A stretch of DNA of 64,000 nt from an uncultured Gammaproteobacteria bacterium (GTDB lineage: Bacteria > Pseudomonadota > Gammaproteobacteria > JACCXJ01), in the NCBI GenBank assembly GCA_963764725.1, contig CAVXTM010000001.1, positions 64,001 through 128,000 on the forward strand. The letters are read 5' to 3'. Below are positions 58,481 through 64,000 of the stretch, one piece after another; position 1 is the stretch's first letter, and the number at the start of each line of letters is the position of its first letter. The position numbers were made by a program, and so were the translations under genes. A model generated the notes under the pieces. It was not told where the DNA came from. It saw only the letters and a program-made list of their open reading frames with translations, and did no database searches.

Positions 58481-59632
58481 CTAACCTTTCGTATCCGCGA
58501 CCACACCGAAACCCAGCGCGCGCAATAACGCTCGGAGCGCGTTCCGGTCTGAGGGCGCCAACACCTCGACCGCGCTGAACTCGCGGCGCGTGCGGTAATG
58601 CGCGCGCAGCGCGTCGAAATGCTGGCCACGCTCGGTTAGCTGCAGTCCACTAATCTCTGCTAACGCGCGGTGATCATCGCGCGCGTCATAGCAGGCGAAG
58701 ACGGCCCGGCGTAATAGATCTTCGTCTGTCTCCGCCTCATCCAAGCACACGGTACCCGGTGTGTCCGCGGCGGCGGGTGGCTGCCACTCCGTAGGCACGC
58801 CTAAAAATTCGCAGACCGATTGATACAACATCTCCGTTGCGCGGAGCTTCGCATCGTCACTGTAACCGGCGATATGCGGGGTTCCGATCGCCGCGCGTCG
58901 CAGGAGCTCGGCGTCGATGTCCGGCTCATGACACCAGCAGTCGATCACCGCGGCCATGCGGGAGCGTCGCGTCAGCAGGGTTCGCAATGCCGGTTCGTTG
59001 ACGACGCCTCCGCGGGCGGTGTTGATGAGGATCGCATCGTTGCGCATGCGAGTGAGCTCATCTAGGCCGATAAGGTTGACCGTCGGATGGGAGCCGCTCG
59101 CCGTGAGCGGTACGTGCAAGCTGACGACATGCGCGGACAGGGCGTCATCAAGGCTGCCGTACTTCGCTTCTCCCGTCAGTTCCTGAAGCGGCGGATCATT
59201 GATAATGCACTCGACCCCGAGCGCCCCAAGCAAGTCCGTAACCCGCGCGCCGACATGCCCGCAGCCGATGATCCCCGCCGTCATCCCCGTGAGTGAAACG
59301 CCGCGTTCCTGCGTCAGAACCAGGACCGCGCTTAGTACATATTCCGCGACGGCGGTGGCATTGCTTCCGGATGCAGCGGCGAAAGCGATCCCTTTGTGGC
59401 TTAGGTACTCGAGATCGATGTGATCGACGCCGCTCGTCGCCGTGCCGACGAAGCGCACCCGGCTGCCTTCGAGCAAGGCGGCATCGACCCGGGTCACGGA
59501 ACGGACCAAGAGCAGATCGGCGTCGCGCGCGATCTCCGGGGTCCAGTCACGGCCAGGAACCACGCACAAGTCCCCAAGCGCGGCGAACGCCTCGCGCACA
59601 TAGGCGATATTGGGATCGGCGATGATGCGCAT
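58481..59632 (-). CDS. pdxB: Erythronate-4-phosphate dehydrogenase
   Basis: MRIIADPNI, LLVRSVTRV, GTAT.G.DH, LHVPL, TPHIAGYS. Confidence 0.95.
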   Translation of the reverse strand: MRIIADPNIAYVREAFAALGDLCVVPGRDWTPEIARDADLLLVRSVTRVDAALLEGSRVRFVGTATSGVDHIDLEYLSHKGIAFAAASGSNATAVAEYVLSAVLVLTQERGVSLTGMTAGIIGCGHVGARVTDLLGALGVECIINDPPLQELTGEAKYGSLDDALSAHVVSLHVPLTASGSHPTVNLIGLDELTRMRNDAILINTARGGVVNEPALRTLLTRRSRMAAVIDCWCHEPDIDAELLRRAAIGTPHIAGYSDDAKLRATEMLYQSVCEFLGVPTEWQPPAAADTPGTVCLDEAETDEDLLRRAVFACYDARDDHRALAEISGLQLTERGQHFDALRAHYRTRREFSAVEVLAPSDRNALRALLRALGFGVVADTKG

Positions 59633-59672
59633 GCGTGCGCTCCGCCGTCGCGGGACGGGTAGGCCTTAGCGG

Positions 59673-60611
59673 TTAAGGACGCCCACCAAGCTCGGCGCCC
59701 TCCTTCTTCACCGGCAAGAGATCGGCACGGCTGACCCCGAGCACGAGCGCGACGGGGCTGGCAACATAGATCGACGATAAGGTCCCGATGACGACACCCA
59801 GGATCAGCGCCAGTGCGAAATCATCGATCACACCACCGCCCAGAAAATAGAGCGCGATCAATACGACGAGCGTGGTCGGCCCGGTGACCAAGGTCCGCGA
59901 TAAGGTTTCGTTGATCGAGCGATTCATGACCTCGATAGGGCCCTCCTTGCGGAGCTTGCGGAAGTTTTCGCGGATGCGATCGAAGACGACAATGGTATCA
60001 TTAACCGAATAGCCAGCCACCGTGAGGATGGCGGCCAGCATGGTGAGATCGAATTGCAGACCTAAGAGGCTGACAAGCCCCGTGGTGATGATGAGATCGT
60101 GCAAGGTCGCGATGACCGTTGCGACGGCAAGACGGAGCTCGAAACGAAACGCCACGTAGACCAGGATCCCGATGAGCGCGAACACCACCGCAAGCCCGCC
60201 GTCTTCCAGGAGCTCCTCTCCTACTTGAGGTCCGACGAAGTCGACCTGACGTATCTCGACGGATGCTCCGGCGGCGGTCTTCAAGGCCTCGAGGACCTTA
60301 TTGCTGAGATCGGCGGAGTTTAGGCCTGCGCGCGGGGGGATCCGCACCATCACGCCCTTCGAGGTGCCGACGTGCTGTACGACTGCACCCTCGAAACCAC
60401 CGCGCGCAAGCGCGCCGCGCACCTCGGCCAAGTCAACAGCTTTGTTGTATTCGACCTCAATGAGCGTGCCGCCGGTAAAATCGATGCCCAGGTTCAAACC
60501 GCGCACGAAGAAGGCGCCGATCGAGACGGCGAAGATAGCACCCGAAAGAGCAAAGGCGACATAGCGCTTGGACATGAAATCGATCTTTGGGGTCTTTTTA
60601 AAGAGATCCAT
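59673..60611 (-). CDS. secF: Protein translocase subunit SecF
   Basis: GIDFTGGT, VGPQVG.EL, GYSVNDTIVVFDRIREN. Confidence 0.97.
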   Translation of the reverse strand: MDLFKKTPKIDFMSKRYVAFALSGAIFAVSIGAFFVRGLNLGIDFTGGTLIEVEYNKAVDLAEVRGALARGGFEGAVVQHVGTSKGVMVRIPPRAGLNSADLSNKVLEALKTAAGASVEIRQVDFVGPQVGEELLEDGGLAVVFALIGILVYVAFRFELRLAVATVIATLHDLIITTGLVSLLGLQFDLTMLAAILTVAGYSVNDTIVVFDRIRENFRKLRKEGPIEVMNRSINETLSRTLVTGPTTLVVLIALYFLGGGVIDDFALALILGVVIGTLSSIYVASPVALVLGVSRADLLPVKKEGAELGGRP

Positions 60612-60627
60612 CGCCTAATACCTTTAA

Positions 60628-60769
60628 GGAAGCTCTGCAAAAGTTACTGCGCAGCCCATCTGTTTGTCGCGTGCTCGCTCCTCGCTCGCCTATCTACCTG
60701 ATATGTCTCGCGACTCGCTCCGCGGCTTCGCGCATCTGGGCTTGCTCGCGATACTCTTGCAGAGCTTCC
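60628..60769. mobile_element. 142-bp MITE between secD and secF
   Basis: 17-bp TIRs GGAAGCTCTGCAAAAGT / GGAAGCTCTGCAAGAGT with palindromic interior. Confidence 0.65.
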
Positions 60770-60777
60770 CGTGACGG

Positions 60778-62634
60778 TTACACCGCGAGGCGGGCGAGCC
60801 GCCGGCCTCCGTACAGAAGATTGATCGCGGCGCGCGTACCGGCGATGGCGGTGAACATCGAGGTCACGATTCCGAGCGACAGGGTCACCGCGAAGCCTTT
60901 CACCGGACCGGTCCCGAACGCAAATAGGACGAGGGCCGCGATGAGGGTGGTGAGGTTGGAATCGGCGATGGTGGCGAAGGCCTTCTCATAGCCAGCGTTG
61001 ATGGCGGCCTGAGGGGTGGTGCCGTTGCGCAGTTCCTCGCGGATGCGCTCGAAGATGAGCACATTGGCGTCGATCGCCATGCCCACCGTCAACACGATGC
61101 CCGCGATGCCAGGCAATGTCAGGGTCGCCTGCAGCAGCGACATCAGCGCGAGCAGCAGCACCAGATTGAGCACCAGCGCGAGATCGGCCACCAAGCCGAA
61201 GACCCCGTAGTACACGGCGGTAAACAACAGCACCAGCGCGAAGCCGACGACGGCCGCGTTGTAGCCCATCGTGATGTTGTCTTGGCCGAGACTCGGTCCC
61301 ACCGTGCGCTCCTCGATGATCGAGATCGGCGCGGCCAGCGCTCCGGCGCGCAGCAGGAGGGCGAGGTTCCGCGCTTCCTCGGTGCTATCGAGCCCCGTGA
61401 TCTGGAAGCGCTTGCTCAGTTGCTCGCGAATGGTGGCGATATTGATGACTTCCTCGACTGTTTTCTTTACCCTGATGGTCTCATTGCCCTTCTTCTGCGT
61501 GTCGATTTTGGTCTCGATGAAAACCACGGCCATGGGCCGCCCGACGTTATCGCGGGTGGCGCGGCTGAAGATGCGCGCGCCTTTGCCATCCAAGGTGATG
61601 AAGACGGCCGGGCGATTGTCGACCGAGTCCAGGCCCGAGCTCGCGTCGATGATGTATTCGCCGGTCAGCATCACCTGGCGTTTCAAGAGGACCGGTTCGC
61701 CCTCGCGCGTCCGATAGAGCTTAACGCCCGGCGGCGTCTTACCTTCGACGGCGTCCTGCGGGTCGTGTTCCTCATCCTGCATGCGGAATTCGAGGGTCGC
61801 GGTCGCGCCGAGGATTTCCTTGGCCCTAGCCGTGTCTTGCACACCCGGCAATTGCACGACGATGCGATCCACGCCCTGCTGTTGGATGATGGGCTCCGCT
61901 ACGCCGAGCTCATTGACGCGGTTGCGCAAGGTGGTGAGGTTCTGTTGCAGGGCAAGCTTGCGCGTCTCGCGGATGTAATCCTCCTTCAAGCTCAGTCGCA
62001 GCGCGCTGCCCTCTGGATCATCCTCGGGCACAAGCTGGAGATCACGAAATTCATCGTCGATCAGCCTTTCGGCCTCGGCTAGACTGGCTGCATCGCGCAA
62101 GGTCACGAGGATCCCGCGGCCGGCCTCGCGCGCGATGGTCTTATAGCGGATCTTTTTCTCGCGCAGCGCCGAACGCAGATCGGAGACAAAGCGTTCTTCG
62201 GCCATGCGCACGACCGCCTCCATATCGACCTCCATCAAGAAATGCACGCCGCCGCGCAGATCCAAGCCGAGGTACATGGGCTTGGCGCCCAGCGCTTGCA
62301 GCCACACGGGGGTCGCGGGCGCTAGATTCAAGGCCACCACATAGTCTGGCCCGAGCGCCGCCGCCACGGCATCATTAGCCTTGAGCTGCGCCTCGGTATC
62401 GGCGAAACGCACCAGCAGGCCGCGCGCATCGCGCTCGAGGGCCAGGGGTTTCAATTTGGCTTCCTTGAGCGCGGCGCGCACCTTAGTTTCCAGAGCCTCA
62501 TCGAGCGGTGCGGACCGCACTGTCGAGATCTGAAGGGCGGGGTGCTCCCCGTAGAGATTCGGCAGCGCATAGAGCACCCCGAGAACGATAATGCCCAAGA
62601 TGAGCAGGTTCTTCCATAAGGGATAGCGATTCAT
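60778..62634 (-). CDS. secD: Protein translocase subunit SecD
   Basis: LGLDLRGGVHF, RNRVNELGVAEP, GPSLG, DANVLIFERIREE. Confidence 0.98.
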   Translation of the reverse strand: MNRYPLWKNLLILGIIVLGVLYALPNLYGEHPALQISTVRSAPLDEALETKVRAALKEAKLKPLALERDARGLLVRFADTEAQLKANDAVAAALGPDYVVALNLAPATPVWLQALGAKPMYLGLDLRGGVHFLMEVDMEAVVRMAEERFVSDLRSALREKKIRYKTIAREAGRGILVTLRDAASLAEAERLIDDEFRDLQLVPEDDPEGSALRLSLKEDYIRETRKLALQQNLTTLRNRVNELGVAEPIIQQQGVDRIVVQLPGVQDTARAKEILGATATLEFRMQDEEHDPQDAVEGKTPPGVKLYRTREGEPVLLKRQVMLTGEYIIDASSGLDSVDNRPAVFITLDGKGARIFSRATRDNVGRPMAVVFIETKIDTQKKGNETIRVKKTVEEVINIATIREQLSKRFQITGLDSTEEARNLALLLRAGALAAPISIIEERTVGPSLGQDNITMGYNAAVVGFALVLLFTAVYYGVFGLVADLALVLNLVLLLALMSLLQATLTLPGIAGIVLTVGMAIDANVLIFERIREELRNGTTPQAAINAGYEKAFATIADSNLTTLIAALVLFAFGTGPVKGFAVTLSLGIVTSMFTAIAGTRAAINLLYGGRRLARLAV

Positions 62635-62656
62635 CGCCTAGGTCTATCGCGCTTGC

Positions 62657-62989
62657 TTAAAGGGTCTTGACGGTGCCTTTCGGGACCGTGTTGGCGACCT
62701 GGGCTTTCTGCACCTTAATCTCGACGGCCTTGCCGACATCGATGAGCACGAAATTCTCCCCGACCTCCAAGACCCGGCCGAGCAAGCCGCCGGTGGTGAC
62801 GATCTCATCGCCCTTGACCAAGGCCTCCATCATCTTCTTATGCTCTTTGTTGCGCTTCGACTGCGGCCGGATCATCACGAAGTAGAACACGACGAACAGA
62901 AAGACGATGGGAAGGATATCGAGGAAAAACTGCGCCGGCGGCCGCGAGGGGGCTGCCTGGGCGAAAGCGTCGGCGATGAGAAATTCCAT
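62657..62989 (-). CDS. yajC: Preprotein translocase subunit YajC
   Basis: MIRPQSKR.KEH, KGDEIVT.GG. Confidence 0.97.
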   Translation of the reverse strand: MEFLIADAFAQAAPSRPPAQFFLDILPIVFLFVVFYFVMIRPQSKRNKEHKKMMEALVKGDEIVTTGGLLGRVLEVGENFVLIDVGKAVEIKVQKAQVANTVPKGTVKTL

Positions 62990-63022
62990 TTGTCCTCCTT
63001 ATAGCACCTAAACGGCGCGGTA

Positions 63023-64000
<978 letters not shown>

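Overview
GC-rich bacterial chromosome segment, probably from a gammaproteobacterium (inferred from fnr, pdxB, ppx and tgt-yajC-secDF). The right end (52.8-64 kb) is core genome: fumC, rhodanese, ppx, aldo-keto reductase, pdxB, secF, secD, yajC, tgt, plus one inserted FRG-domain gene and a MITE. The left ~52 kb is accessory, mosaic and partly decayed. It holds (i) a sigma54-driven sulfur operon (TauE, internally deleted sqr, two YeeE/YedE halves) with a Cys-rich PAS enhancer-binding protein; (ii) a ~20 kb FNR/low-oxygen cluster (fnr, four USPs, APH-AAA kinase, Pat acetyltransferase, P-type ATPase, MprF) mixed with Met/His-rich exported proteins, a multicopper oxidase, SmbP and a cytochrome P460, ending at an AlpA relic; (iii) a transposase-free 1506-bp element with 27-bp terminal inverted repeats and an exact 8-bp target duplication, carrying a Zn-ribbon/PIN-like gene; (iv) attC-like sites with small cassette genes but no integrase; (v) a HigBA-bearing islet between direct repeats of the fumC 3' end; (vi) many gene relics shortened by deletion, an orphan group II intron 3' end, IS fragments and REP-like palindromes. 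No rRNA, tRNA or CRISPR array was seen. Family assignments come from motif recognition by eye, not database searches.
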